From Candidatus Cloacimonadales bacterium (GTDB lineage: Bacteria; Cloacimonadota; Cloacimonadia; Cloacimonadales; JAIOQZ01), in the NCBI GenBank assembly GCA_963662655.2, contig CAXXTU010000002.1:3072001-3136000 (forward strand): a DNA stretch of 64,000 nucleotides, in the 5' to 3' direction. A program made the translations under genes and the position numbers. Positions 1 to 9,627 of this stretch are shown here, one piece after another (the first letter of the stretch is position 1; the number at the start of each line of letters is the position of its first letter). The notes under the pieces were generated by a model. That model had not been told where the DNA came from, did not search any database, and saw only the letters and a program-made list of their open reading frames with translations.

Positions 1-64
1 AGTTCATAAATATACGAACGGCAAAGACGGGGTCAAACTTTTTCTAGCGGAAGCTTACAAAGAT

Positions 65-1168
65 TCAGGATTGTTCTAAAATGCCCCGTACTTTTTTCGC
101 GATTGCAAGGGAGGCGGTGAGTCCGGGGGATTCGATGCCCATCAGGTTGATGAAGCGCGGCAAACCGCGCTCGGATTCTTCACGAATATAGAAATCCCTG
201 AAAGCTCCGCCGGGTTTCTGGAGTTTAGGGCGGATGCCGCAGTCGTCGGGAGAAAAGAACTCGGGATCTACATCGATGTACTGAGTGACGGCTGCGAGAA
301 ATTCCGGCTTGTTCCTCTCGTCCATCGCGTAATTGATCTCGTTCACGTAATAGGCGTTGGGGCCGAACCGGACTTCGCCGTTCAGGTTGATTGTCAGGTG
401 GATTCCCAGAAATTTCCCCTGCGGGTCCGGCATGGGATAAACCAGATGCTTGATTCCCGAAAGATGGGTCGTCTTGAAATACTCCCCTTTGCACCAGTGG
501 ATTTGCAAGTCGGATGCAACGGTATCGATTCCGGCCATTTTCGCGATTTGCTCAGAAAACAATCCGCCGCAGTTGATCAGGATTCTCGTCTGGAAGATTT
601 CACCACCGGGAAAATGCACCCGGTAACCGTCTTCGATCTTCTCGATGTTCTCGACCGGCATATCGTATATGACGAAACCGTCCTTCTCCTCGATCAGGTC
701 GGCGAGTCTCTTCATATAGGAATGCGTGTCGAAAATTCCCGTGGATGGAACCCACAGCCCCCTGATGGCCGTAACCGTCGGTTCGATCTCATGACACTGA
801 TCGCCGTCGATCAATTGCAGCCCTTCAACACGATTGTTCACTCCATTACGATGGAGGGCTTCCAGCGCTACGAGCTCGTCTTCCTTGGTGGCCACGACAA
901 TCTTACCGCAATTGGCGTGAGGGATGTCGTATTTCTGGCAGAAATCGTAGAGCATGCCGTTGCCTTCGAGGCAAAGCAGCGCTTTATCTGTGTTCTGCGG
1001 ATAATAGATGCCCGAGTGGATCACTTCGCTGTTCCGGCTGCTGGTGTGCCTTCCAAAAGAGTCTTCCTTTTCCACAACGACCACGTCGCCGCATGTTCCC
1101 GCAAGCTCGTATCCGATGGCGAGTCCAACAGCTCCCGCACCGATAATCAGGACATCCATCTGTTCCAT
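65..1168 (-). CDS. FAD-dependent oxidoreductase, L-2-hydroxyglutarate oxidase (LhgO)-like
   Basis: GAGAVG dinucleotide motif, 'TSSRNSEVIHSG', 'GIRPKL' and 'GIESPGLTASLAIA' are typical of the LhgO/DAO family. Confidence 0.8.
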   Translation of the reverse strand: MEQMDVLIIGAGAVGLAIGYELAGTCGDVVVVEKEDSFGRHTSSRNSEVIHSGIYYPQNTDKALLCLEGNGMLYDFCQKYDIPHANCGKIVVATKEDELVALEALHRNGVNNRVEGLQLIDGDQCHEIEPTVTAIRGLWVPSTGIFDTHSYMKRLADLIEEKDGFVIYDMPVENIEKIEDGYRVHFPGGEIFQTRILINCGGLFSEQIAKMAGIDTVASDLQIHWCKGEYFKTTHLSGIKHLVYPMPDPQGKFLGIHLTINLNGEVRFGPNAYYVNEINYAMDERNKPEFLAAVTQYIDVDPEFFSPDDCGIRPKLQKPGGAFRDFYIREESERGLPRFINLMGIESPGLTASLAIAKKVRGILEQS

Positions 1169-1185
1169 GTGATTGTATACCTTAC

Positions 1186-2040
1186 TTAGAGTCGTATGTT
1201 GTCGATAAGCCGTGTTGCGCCCATCTTCACCGCGATGAGAATCCGATCCCCCGGCCTCACGCGATCCACGGATTGCAGAGTCTGGGAGTCAACCATCTCG
1301 ATGTAATCGATCACGCCGCCATTCTTCTCAATATGGTCTTCCATCTTCGAGCGAAGCTCCGGGGATTCGTTGATGCCGCCCATGAAGGCTTTCTTTGCCA
1401 TATCCAGCGATTCGGAGAGGCATAACGCCCGTTTTCGCTGATCGGGATCGAGATATTTGTTACGTGAGGACATCGCGAGTCCATCCGGTTCCCTGACGAT
1501 GGGGCAGCGGACGATCCTCGTGGAGAAATTCAGGTCGCGAATCATGGTTTCCAGCACAACGATCTGCTGAAAATCCTTCTCACCCATATACATGAAATCC
1601 GGATTGACGATGTTCATCAGCTTGGCAACGACGGTCGCGACGCCGCGAAAATGGGTCGGGCGCGACTTCCCGCAGAGGATTCCCGAGATATCGTCTACCG
1701 CGATGAATGTCTTGTAGCCGGCGGGGTACATGCTCTCGTTGCTTGGGAAAAACACGTAATCTACGCCTTCATTCCGCAGAAGCTCGAGATCGTGATCCAG
1801 GTCGCGGGGGTATTTGTCGAGGTCTTCCCCCGGGGCGAACTGGGTGGGATTGACGAAGATGCTCACGAAAACGACATCGCAGCTCTCTTTCGCGGCTCTC
1901 ACCAGGCTGAGATGCCCTTCGTGGAGATAGCCCATAGTGGGAACGAAGCCGATCGTCTTCCCTTCACGCACGAGTTTGTTCGAGCGTTCCCGGGTTTCTT
2001 CGATGGTCTCGATTACCGTGAGGCTCATAGCACGTGCCAT
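1186..2040 (-). CDS. panC: pantoate--beta-alanine ligase (true start may be the ATG at 2028)
   Basis: 'GFVPTMGYLHEGHLSL', 'SIFVNPTQF', 'GEKDFQQ', 'DGLAMSSRN', 'RLIDN'. Confidence 0.97.
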   Translation of the reverse strand: MARAMSLTVIETIEETRERSNKLVREGKTIGFVPTMGYLHEGHLSLVRAAKESCDVVFVSIFVNPTQFAPGEDLDKYPRDLDHDLELLRNEGVDYVFFPSNESMYPAGYKTFIAVDDISGILCGKSRPTHFRGVATVVAKLMNIVNPDFMYMGEKDFQQIVVLETMIRDLNFSTRIVRCPIVREPDGLAMSSRNKYLDPDQRKRALCLSESLDMAKKAFMGGINESPELRSKMEDHIEKNGGVIDYIEMVDSQTLQSVDRVRPGDRILIAVKMGATRLIDNIRL

Positions 2041-2384
2041 TTCTTGTTGTCGGGGCTGTCGATCACCACGACGTTTGGCCGGTATTCTTTCATCTCGGTC
2101 TCGTCGAGCATGCCGTAGTTGACAACGATGATCTTGTCGCCGCGATGGACCATGCGTGCCGCAGCGCCATTCACGCCGATGATGCCGGAGCCGGCTTCAC
2201 CCTTCAAAATATATGTCTCGAACCGGTTGCCGTTTTCGATATCGAAGATGGCCACCTGCTCGAATTCAACCATTCCGGTCGCTTTCAAAATGTCTTCGTC
2301 GATGGTTATACTGCCGACGTAATCGAGGTCGGTCTCGGTTATCACCGCTCGATGTATCTTCGAGAGCAGTTTTGAGCGTAACAT
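2025..2384 (-). CDS. panD: aspartate 1-decarboxylase (pyruvoyl)
   Basis: 'SKIHRA', G-S self-cleavage site 'YVGSITID', 'NGNRFETY', 'NGAAA'; adjacent to panC. Confidence 0.97.
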   Translation of the reverse strand: MLRSKLLSKIHRAVITETDLDYVGSITIDEDILKATGMVEFEQVAIFDIENGNRFETYILKGEAGSGIIGVNGAAARMVHRGDKIIVVNYGMLDETEMKEYRPNVVVIDSPDNKKWHVL

Positions 2385-2404
2385 ATTCTCCTGCCTTTAT
2401 CCTG

Positions 2405-2515
2405 ATTACCTCTCGAGGTAATGCAATTATTTATCGATCCTTCACCTTCTTAGAAAAGGTAGATGAATCGGGCGCAATCTACCAGTAAAATTTACGGTTA
2501 CGCCCTTGAGGTAAT
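2405..2515. promoter_or_regulatory. palindromic operator-like or structured leader upstream of panD-panC
   Basis: Perfect palindrome ATTACCTC-TC-GAGGTAAT (2405-2422), a related GTTACGCCCTTGAGGTAAT (2497-2515), and an inverted pair GGTAGAT...ATCTACC between them. Confidence 0.35.
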
Positions 2516-2653
2516 TCTTTGGATTGGCCGGATTCGTCAATGTATTTTTGGGATGAGATGATTGCCGGGACACAAGACATCATACCAACAAACCCCGATG
2601 CGTTTGGGACGGACTTGTCTTCAGGGAATCTTATGTAAAACCTCTGGGATGCG

Positions 2654-3238
2654 TCAATCGTAGATTTCTTCTACCTTCTTGAGAACAGGCACCAGTTCGT
2701 ATTCGATCATGTCCGCGAGGAGGATCCAGTCTTTGTTCTGCTGGACGTCGATCAGCTCGCTGAGCTTGGCGCTGAACATCCTGACGTATTCCTGTCCCTT
2801 GTGCTCACCGATCGGGGTGGTGTTGAAGTCTCGCCCCATGAGAACGAAAGCTTCCTGCAAGACGGTGAAGAAGGCTTGCAGGTTCTCGATGGATTGAACC
2901 AGCCGCGAATTGGCCGTCGTTTCGTCCTCCAGGCGGAATCCTTCGGCGGTCAGCTCGAGGTCTTGCACCAGCTTACCGAGCTGCTCGCGGGTGTCGTTGA
3001 AGGCATTGCGGCCGATGACGGCGGCGTCTTCAGTGGCGATGTCCATCTCGTCCTCGTTCATCAGGAAGATGCGATCCTGCTTCTGATGCCAGTTTTTTTC
3101 CAGAGGTCTATCGTTCAGCTTGATATCGATGATGAGCTGTGTAGGTGGAAGATTCAAGCTGGAAAGCGCTTTGCCCAGATGATCGACTGTTGCGATCTCA
3201 AACGTTTTCTCCATTCCGTTAACGCGGATTTTCATCAA
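2654..3238 (-). CDS. hypothetical protein (short beta-rich N-terminus, helical C-terminus ending 'LADMIEYELVP'), last gene of the glycosyltransferase operon
   Basis: 194-aa ORF overlapping the GT9 stop, GGAGG RBS. Confidence 0.65.
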   Translation of the reverse strand: MMKIRVNGMEKTFEIATVDHLGKALSSLNLPPTQLIIDIKLNDRPLEKNWHQKQDRIFLMNEDEMDIATEDAAVIGRNAFNDTREQLGKLVQDLELTAEGFRLEDETTANSRLVQSIENLQAFFTVLQEAFVLMGRDFNTTPIGEHKGQEYVRMFSAKLSELIDVQQNKDWILLADMIEYELVPVLKKVEEIYD

Positions 3239-4865
3239 GGGCCTCCTTGGTGTAATCTTTTAATAGACGTAACATCACGCCGAGCTGAAGCTCCAGGTTC
3301 CGGTAGAGCGTGATCGTACTCCTCAGAAGCTGGTTCATGTCGTCTCCGGTGAGGGCGCTCTCGCGGAACTCGGCATAATGGAAAACATCGAAGAACCCGT
3401 CGATGCCCCTGGCGGAGTCAAATATCTCGTTTTTCAGCTTTTTAACAGAGCTCCACGCGCTTCTGATTTTGTCAATTGATTTCTTGTCGCGATGGTTGAT
3501 ATCGCGCAAGGCTTCCAGTTGCGTAATATAATCTGCAACCAGCCTTTGCAGATTTCCGAGCAAGGATTTCTCCTCCGTATAATCATGCGAAGAAAGGAAA
3601 TAGTGCTCCTTCAGGTACGCAATGGTTTTCGCAGCCCAGTCGGTCTTGGGATCGATGTCCGTGAGAAGGCTCAACGCCCAAACGGCCCGTTTGAACTCGA
3701 AGAACAGCTCGCGTTTGCGGATGGCGCGCTTTCGGGCTGGAACCTGATGCTGGAGCCCGAAGATGTCTTTGACACCCCTCCACGTAAGGACTTGCTCGTA
3801 AGATTGCACGGCTTCATTGCGCAGCATCGCGCTTGCTGCTTCATACACGGTTTCCGGGGTAATGTAATGGTGGCAGTTCAGGTGACTGCATTGCGTATCG
3901 AAGCGGCAGGGATGGCACTCGATATCCGCTTGCAGAATGATCGACTTCTCGCTGTAGGGTCCCGTCTCCCATAGACTCACCGGCCCGAGCGACAGGTTGA
4001 GTATGGGGATGTCGCAGGCCGCGGCGATATGCATGGGGCCGGTATCGTTGGTGATTAGAAGATCGAGTCCCGCGATGACGGCAGTCAGTTGATCGAGGTT
4101 GCAGCCGCCAATCAGGTCGATAAAGTTTTCGTGCCGGATGTCTCCAAAAAGCGGTTTGAGAGAAGCTTCCTTGTATCCGCCCAAGAGCAGGATTTTGCAG
4201 GATCGTTCTCGTAAAAGCATCTGCATCACCCGGTGGAATTTCTCCGGCTCCCAGGCCTTGTTCGACTGGCTGGCTCCAATGTGAAATCCAACCACCGGTA
4301 TTCCGGAAAGGCTCTTGGATTGCCAGAGTTGATCCTTGAAATTCCCGGCCTCTTCCGAGTAATTGAGACGGAAAAGTTCATGCCTTACCCGCGCTCCGCC
4401 GACACCTGCGAAGATATCCACCAGATTGAAGGTGCGGTCGCCCAGATTGTGTTCGTTTGCCAGATGTGCGGCGGTCCACTCGGAATTGATGGACTGCTCG
4501 CGGTCGCGATTCATGTGCATGCCCAGGATTTTTTTCGCCGGGATCAGCGCACAGAGGATGGAAGATTGTATGGACACCACCGGATTGACCACGATGTCGT
4601 AACGCCGTTCATTCAACTGAGCCGCGACACGCTGGATTTCCAGGAAAGCGGGACGGAAATCGCTCTGGATTTCTTCGACGACCGGCTTGTCGTCAATGGT
4701 GAACACGTTGTGCAAGCGCGGGAAGTTTTCGAGGATTTTCTTGAACGAGGACATCGCCAGATAATCGATCTCGGCGTCGGGGTACTTCTCGTAAAGACCG
4801 TTGACCAGCCCGAGTGTCTGGATGATGTCTCCCATGCGGGTCAGGTTGATGATGAGGATTCTCAT
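3219..4865 (-). CDS. glycosyltransferase family 9 (heptosyltransferase-like) with C-terminal helical extension
   Basis: 'LTRMGDIIQT', 'GASQSNKAW', 'LITNDTGPMHIAAA', 'CHPC...C...C'. Confidence 0.85.
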   Translation of the reverse strand: MRILIINLTRMGDIIQTLGLVNGLYEKYPDAEIDYLAMSSFKKILENFPRLHNVFTIDDKPVVEEIQSDFRPAFLEIQRVAAQLNERRYDIVVNPVVSIQSSILCALIPAKKILGMHMNRDREQSINSEWTAAHLANEHNLGDRTFNLVDIFAGVGGARVRHELFRLNYSEEAGNFKDQLWQSKSLSGIPVVGFHIGASQSNKAWEPEKFHRVMQMLLRERSCKILLLGGYKEASLKPLFGDIRHENFIDLIGGCNLDQLTAVIAGLDLLITNDTGPMHIAAACDIPILNLSLGPVSLWETGPYSEKSIILQADIECHPCRFDTQCSHLNCHHYITPETVYEAASAMLRNEAVQSYEQVLTWRGVKDIFGLQHQVPARKRAIRKRELFFEFKRAVWALSLLTDIDPKTDWAAKTIAYLKEHYFLSSHDYTEEKSLLGNLQRLVADYITQLEALRDINHRDKKSIDKIRSAWSSVKKLKNEIFDSARGIDGFFDVFHYAEFRESALTGDDMNQLLRSTITLYRNLELQLGVMLRLLKDYTKEALDENPR

Positions 4866-6574
4866 GATTCGTTCCTGTAAAATGTGTCCAGCAGCAGGAG
4901 GATGGCCTCGTGGTACTTCAGCCGCCCCTTTTGCTCTTTGATTGCTTCGGTGAGGGCAGGCAACGAACGGGTCTGTTCGGGTGGAAGGGACTGGATAAAA
5001 CGCTTCAGTTCGGGATCGTTCGCCTTGTGAAGGAAGTCGTCCATGCTGCCTCTTTCGCTGGAAAGTTTGTCGCTGAGACGCGGTATTTCTCGCATGAGGT
5101 CCATCACGATGCTACGCATCCGGTGCGTGTAGGTGTGGCGCTCGAGGACCTTTCTTCGGCCGATCTCGGCTATCCGTTTACGCTCGTCGGGATGGGCGAG
5201 ATAGTAATCGATCTTGCTGCGCAAATCCGCTAAGGAATCGAAGGTGACGATCTCTTCGCCCTCGGTGAACACCTCGGGCAGAAGCAGGCGCCGGTCCACC
5301 AGTTGGAATCCTCCGCAGGCCATGATCTCGAAAGTGCGCGGATTGATGAAATCGCCGTCGATCTCAAAGAGGTCGCGATTCATGGAGGAATGAAGGTTTA
5401 TGTTGATTTTGGTAGCGTTGTAGATTTTAACGGAGTCCTCGATAGAGATACGTTCGCCGTTTCGCTGGACAAATCCTTCCAGAGCGGGGTGATCCCAGTC
5501 GGTGCCCCATATCTTCAGATCGTAGTCCAGGAGTTGCGCGAACATCTCCCGCCGGTTGGGGTAACCGGCCCCCATGAAGGATACATCCGAGCCAAACTCG
5601 TCTCGTTCGGCCTTCGAAAGCTGCAACGGACGGTGAATTTCTTCATCCGCTGCCATGGGCAGGTATTTCGGCGACTGGGCTCCCAGTTGGGTAAGCTGTG
5701 GCAGGAAGCCTTCCTTTTGAATGCCGTAGAAGCGTTCGAAATGCGGGGCGTATTCGCGCCAATAGGAGAAACGACGGTAGTCTTCCACAAACCAGAATAC
5801 GCTGATGGCACGGTTCTCGTGTCGCATTCGTTGCAGAAGGGGGATCGTCACGGGCGATTGTGCTGGGAAGAAGGCAATATGCGGCTGGAATCTCCTGAGC
5901 TCGTGCAGGTAGATATCGGATAGCATGCCGGTGAGTTGGGCGGCCATCTGTCCCGAAAAGTCGCGATCGTCCAGCGCGATAAACTTCTGCAGGAGCGGAT
6001 TGGCGACGGTGTTATCAACCGTTTTGACCTCGCAGCCGAGTCGTTTGAAAGCGTTAGCGATATATTCTGCCGTTGTGAGCGAGCCGCCGTAGACGGGGAA
6101 GTCGATCAGAACCCGGATCTGACGAAAATCCAGGATTTCATGTCGCGAAGAGGCTTCCGCCTTTTTCTCTCGCATCGTTCGCAGGAGGTTCTCCACATGA
6201 TGGGGATACTTCCGCCGCATGGAGGGGAGGTCGTAGAGCGGCAGTTCACCGAGCCCCCTGAAGTCCTCGATATGTGAAGAAATGGTAACGTGCTCCGGGA
6301 AGTCGAGTCGACGATTTTGCTTAAACGCCTGGATCATTTCCTGGTTCGGTTCGAATATGTGGATGCGCCTGTAACGATCCACCAATGGCTGGATATGATA
6401 AGCGAAACCGAGACCGAATACCACGATCTCCCGGCAATCCGGGTGGTTTTGCAGAAAACGTTCCGCGAGTTTATCCCCTTCCTCTGCGGGAGCGTACTGG
6501 CTGTGCAGGGAAAGCCCGTCCAGAACCGGAATCGGGTTGCCGTCTTTCGCTGTGATGATTTCGATTGGGAGCAT
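4862..6574 (-). CDS. CgeB/DUF3880-type glycosyltransferase with Maf-like N-terminus
   Basis: N-terminal 'LHSQYAP.EE...VFGLGFAYH'; C-terminal 'DVSFMGAGYPNR', 'NPRTFEIMACG', 'HTYTHR'. Confidence 0.8.
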   Translation of the reverse strand: MLPIEIITAKDGNPIPVLDGLSLHSQYAPAEEGDKLAERFLQNHPDCREIVVFGLGFAYHIQPLVDRYRRIHIFEPNQEMIQAFKQNRRLDFPEHVTISSHIEDFRGLGELPLYDLPSMRRKYPHHVENLLRTMREKKAEASSRHEILDFRQIRVLIDFPVYGGSLTTAEYIANAFKRLGCEVKTVDNTVANPLLQKFIALDDRDFSGQMAAQLTGMLSDIYLHELRRFQPHIAFFPAQSPVTIPLLQRMRHENRAISVFWFVEDYRRFSYWREYAPHFERFYGIQKEGFLPQLTQLGAQSPKYLPMAADEEIHRPLQLSKAERDEFGSDVSFMGAGYPNRREMFAQLLDYDLKIWGTDWDHPALEGFVQRNGERISIEDSVKIYNATKININLHSSMNRDLFEIDGDFINPRTFEIMACGGFQLVDRRLLLPEVFTEGEEIVTFDSLADLRSKIDYYLAHPDERKRIAEIGRRKVLERHTYTHRMRSIVMDLMREIPRLSDKLSSERGSMDDFLHKANDPELKRFIQSLPPEQTRSLPALTEAIKEQKGRLKYHEAILLLLDTFYRNES

Positions 6575-6605
6575 AAAACCTCCTGTGAATTGGAAGCGAG
6601 AATTT

Positions 6606-7700
6606 CTACTCTGTTAAAGAGAATGATATTTTAAGCTTGTTCCCAATATTCTGTTTAAGATACTTGTCATGTTGCAATCTACCGACGACGATCCCTGGAG
6701 AAATCCCAATGCTTTCAGCAAAGCGTTCAATTGGAGCAAGAGATTTTCCGTCCCATTTTTGGATGAAACGCTGAAATTCTTTTGGAGGAATAAGAAAGTC
6801 TGCGGCAAAAGAATTGGCCTCTTCCTCTTTTTCACTCGTGTAGCTATCGGAGTCTATGAATGCATTGGACTTTCCATGCTTCAATATGTGGCATGCTTCA
6901 TGAAAGAATGTGAACCAGAAGTGATCGTTCGTTTTATACCTAAGACTCAGCTGCATCACCGCCTTTTTTTTCCCACGAATCCACCGAGTCGCTCCCCACA
7001 CATGGGTTTTCTTCAACTCTTGGACAAACACGACTGCAATCCCTGTGTCCGAAAACATTGAAACCAGTCTGCTTTGGATAACATTGAAGTCAGCGCATGT
7101 CGTTAAATTTTTTGCATCCTGAAGCTTTTGCTTGAATAATTGCTTATCATAAGGCCTGCAATTGATCTTCTGCGCAAGGATTTCCCCTCTTCTCAGCCAC
7201 GCTGATACCGCTAAATAATTCTTGGTAAAGCGATCTGAATCATGGAAATTTGCTGCCTGACATTCATTCCAGACTTCTTCTTGGGCCTCGGGAGAATCAA
7301 CCTGATAGAAGTTTAAAACGATCCCTAATTGCTTCGTTGGATTGTCACCTTTTTCAATCCATCCATTTTTGATCATTTCACGTACGGGAACTTCCTTCAG
7401 CCATTTCGTATTTTTTTCAAATCGCTCTTTCTCTTCCTGGCGTTTACAATGCTCCTGATACATTTGCTCAAGATTATTCCAAAACATTGCAGGTTTTCCA
7501 AACACACGCTCAAGCTTCAGGGCCGTTTCTTGGGTTAATGGAGCCTTAGCCTGGATTATTTCATTTATTGTTTTAGGAGTTAATCCCGTGCGCACAGCCA
7601 ATTCTTTCTGCGTCATTTCGTATGCATCAATGTATTCTTCCAATATTTCACCAGGGGGAACAGAATAATCTGGAGAGAAGATATTCTTTGCATTACTCAT
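6606..7700 (-). CDS. higA: HigA-family antitoxin: Xre HTH fused to ImmA/IrrE-like metallopeptidase domain
   Basis: 'PPGEILEEY...MTQKELA.R.G', 'FWNNLE..Y', 'FWFTFFHEACH' (HExxH), 'EEEANSFAA'. Confidence 0.85.
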   Translation of the reverse strand: MSNAKNIFSPDYSVPPGEILEEYIDAYEMTQKELAVRTGLTPKTINEIIQAKAPLTQETALKLERVFGKPAMFWNNLEQMYQEHCKRQEEKERFEKNTKWLKEVPVREMIKNGWIEKGDNPTKQLGIVLNFYQVDSPEAQEEVWNECQAANFHDSDRFTKNYLAVSAWLRRGEILAQKINCRPYDKQLFKQKLQDAKNLTTCADFNVIQSRLVSMFSDTGIAVVFVQELKKTHVWGATRWIRGKKKAVMQLSLRYKTNDHFWFTFFHEACHILKHGKSNAFIDSDSYTSEKEEEANSFAADFLIPPKEFQRFIQKWDGKSLAPIERFAESIGISPGIVVGRLQHDKYLKQNIGNKLKISFSLTE

Positions 7701-8034
7701 GATAATTCTCCACTTTTAAAATCTTTATCGAATCGACTCTTGCCCAGTCCAAACCTCCATCCGGTAAGGCTGGAGGTTGTTCAAAGTCAGGCATGAATAG
7801 TAATCGATAGGGATGTTTCAAATCAATCGCAAGTATCCCCTTACGATTTCCTGTTAGTTCGTGACACCTCTCGGGTTTTTGTTTCGGGGTGAAATAACTC
7901 AAATTCTCCGCAGCTTCAAGTGCCGTCATTCTCTTCATAATAATCTTTGCCTGTTCATCTCCGAATTCCCTTCGAAGTTCTTTCTGAGACACAAAGATTT
8001 TTTTCATTTTTTCCGTAGAAAACGTAATTTGCAT
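7693..8034 (-). CDS. higB: HigB/RelE-family toxin (plasmid-maintenance killer type)
   Basis: 'PERCHELTGNRKG.LAIDLKHPYRLLF', ends 'ENYH'; upstream of and overlapping higA. Confidence 0.85.
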   Translation of the reverse strand: MQITFSTEKMKKIFVSQKELRREFGDEQAKIIMKRMTALEAAENLSYFTPKQKPERCHELTGNRKGILAIDLKHPYRLLFMPDFEQPPALPDGGLDWARVDSIKILKVENYHE

Positions 8035-8056
8035 TCATTCCCCTGTCAAGATATTT

Positions 8057-8075
8057 ATTAACCCGATGGGTTAAT
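8057..8075. promoter_or_regulatory. probable HigA autoregulatory operator
   Basis: Inverted repeat ATTAACCC-GAT-GGGTTAAT just upstream of the higB start. Confidence 0.55.
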
Positions 8076-8179
8076 TTTTTATCAAGGAAACTCAAAAACA
8101 TCTTGAACAATCGAAGCGCGACAAGCTACAATTGTCAATATTAAACCAAGTAGAAAAAAACTGCACAACCCCAAATTGA

Positions 8180-9238
8180 TCACTCGTCGAAATACGCACA
8201 GAGCTCCTTTTCACGCTTCGCTTCCGAGAATATCTCCATGATACGGCTTCTTGCCATCCTTCCTTGCTCCTCAGAGGAATTCAGCGCGTCCTTGATTGCC
8301 TGCGCGGCAGCCTCGGGATCAGGCTTGGCGAGAACGATTCCCGTATCTCCGATCGCTTTGGGAATGCCGTTGACATTCGAGCCGACGGGGACGCACTCGC
8401 AGAGCATGGCTTCGCACAGGGTGTTGGGTAAGCCTTCGCTCAGGGAGAGCTGGCAAAATACTTTCGCTCGTGAGTAGTAATCCGGTAGCTCCCGGTTGGG
8501 TACGAAGGAATGAATCTCGAGGTTGTTGGCGGTATTCCGCTTCCGCGCGTAATCAATCATCTCCTTTTGCAAACCGATGATGACGAAGCGGGTTTCGGGA
8601 AGAAGGTTGGCTGCTTCGATGAGAAGGTCAAAACCCTTGCGGCGGAATGGACGCATTTTAGAGGCGATGCCGACGGTCAGAACCATCGGTTCGCGCCCGA
8701 TATCCGGGTTGCGCTTCCATATCTCAGGATCGTAGCCGGTTGGGATGGCCTTCATGAGCGCTTTGGACTTCGGAACGAAGTATCGTACGCCTGTGGGCTG
8801 GTTCTCTTCGGCGTAGGTGTTCACCCCTTCGACCAAAGACTCATCCACTGGAAAAATCGCGTTCGCGAGCCTGTAGGACCATGTAGCGAAGAGGCGACGG
8901 AATCTGTTGGCGGAGGGATGAAAGATGCCGAAGCGGATGGACGGTATGGAGACGGCGTCGTAACCCCCGACGATGATTGCGCAGCGAATGCCTTTCAATC
9001 TGGCGAACAGAGCTGGTAGTAGGGTATGGTAATCGCAGAACCAGACGAGGATGCCGCTTGCGCCGTGCAGATTACGAAGAAGCCAGAGCTTCAATTTGAC
9101 CTGGTAAAGCAGGATGTGCAGGATCGAGGATGAAACCGGGAAGTGGAATACTTTTACGTCAGCATTCCGGCTCAGGATATCGATATCCTTTCGAACAAAC
9201 GTGCTCAACGTGTTATGCACAAGCAAAATCTTCTTCAT
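8180..9238 (-). CDS. glycosyltransferase family 4
   Basis: 'RKGFDLLIEAA', 'EGLPNTLCEAMLCECVPVGS' (EX7E). Confidence 0.9.
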   Translation of the reverse strand: MKKILLVHNTLSTFVRKDIDILSRNADVKVFHFPVSSSILHILLYQVKLKLWLLRNLHGASGILVWFCDYHTLLPALFARLKGIRCAIIVGGYDAVSIPSIRFGIFHPSANRFRRLFATWSYRLANAIFPVDESLVEGVNTYAEENQPTGVRYFVPKSKALMKAIPTGYDPEIWKRNPDIGREPMVLTVGIASKMRPFRRKGFDLLIEAANLLPETRFVIIGLQKEMIDYARKRNTANNLEIHSFVPNRELPDYYSRAKVFCQLSLSEGLPNTLCEAMLCECVPVGSNVNGIPKAIGDTGIVLAKPDPEAAAQAIKDALNSSEEQGRMARSRIMEIFSEAKREKELCAYFDE

Positions 9239-9428
9239 TCCGTCCTCTTTATGCGGTTCGATATATATTAACGTTTCGAGATCAGATGTATGTCCGTGTC
9301 TTTCGGCGTCAAGGAAATCGAAGAATTACCTGATGTAATGAGGCGGAATTGATAAGGTTAATATACAAATGATATAATTGGTGTGTTGGAAGAAGAGGTA
9401 GAGATTGTGTTATTTTGTGTCATCGACC

Positions 9429-9554
9429 GGCGTGGTATCTTCGCCCGATCTGCCGTGCAGACGGGGATATAACACGTCCCTGGGGCTATCGAGCGCAAAA
9501 ATGGGACGTGTAACACCCCGTCTGCACGGCAGATCGAACGAATCTACTCCCGCC
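9429..9554 (-). repeat. dispersed rod-like hairpin element, copy 1 (126 nt)
   Basis: Reverse complement reads GGCGGGAGTAGATTCGTTCGATC...GGTGTTA...TTATATCC...GATCGGGCGAAGATACCACGCC; homologous to copies at 23883, 28640 and 33757. Confidence 0.85.
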
Positions 9555-9572
9555 TCTACGGGAAGTTCCGAG

Positions 9573-9588
9573 TGGCATAAGAGTTGCA
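9573..9588 (+). promoter_or_regulatory. sigma-54 (-24/-12) promoter
   Basis: TGGCATAAGAGTTGCA matches TGGCA-N6-TTGCA (GG-N10-GC), about 40 nt upstream of the peptidase ATG. Confidence 0.6.
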
Positions 9589-9627
9589 ACTATTATTTTG
9601 AAAAGAAATAACATATTGGAGGCTGAT

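Noticed and set aside
2385..2650. Known pan RNA motif or riboswitch
   Set aside because: I could not match a known consensus by eye; kept only as an unassigned candidate leader.
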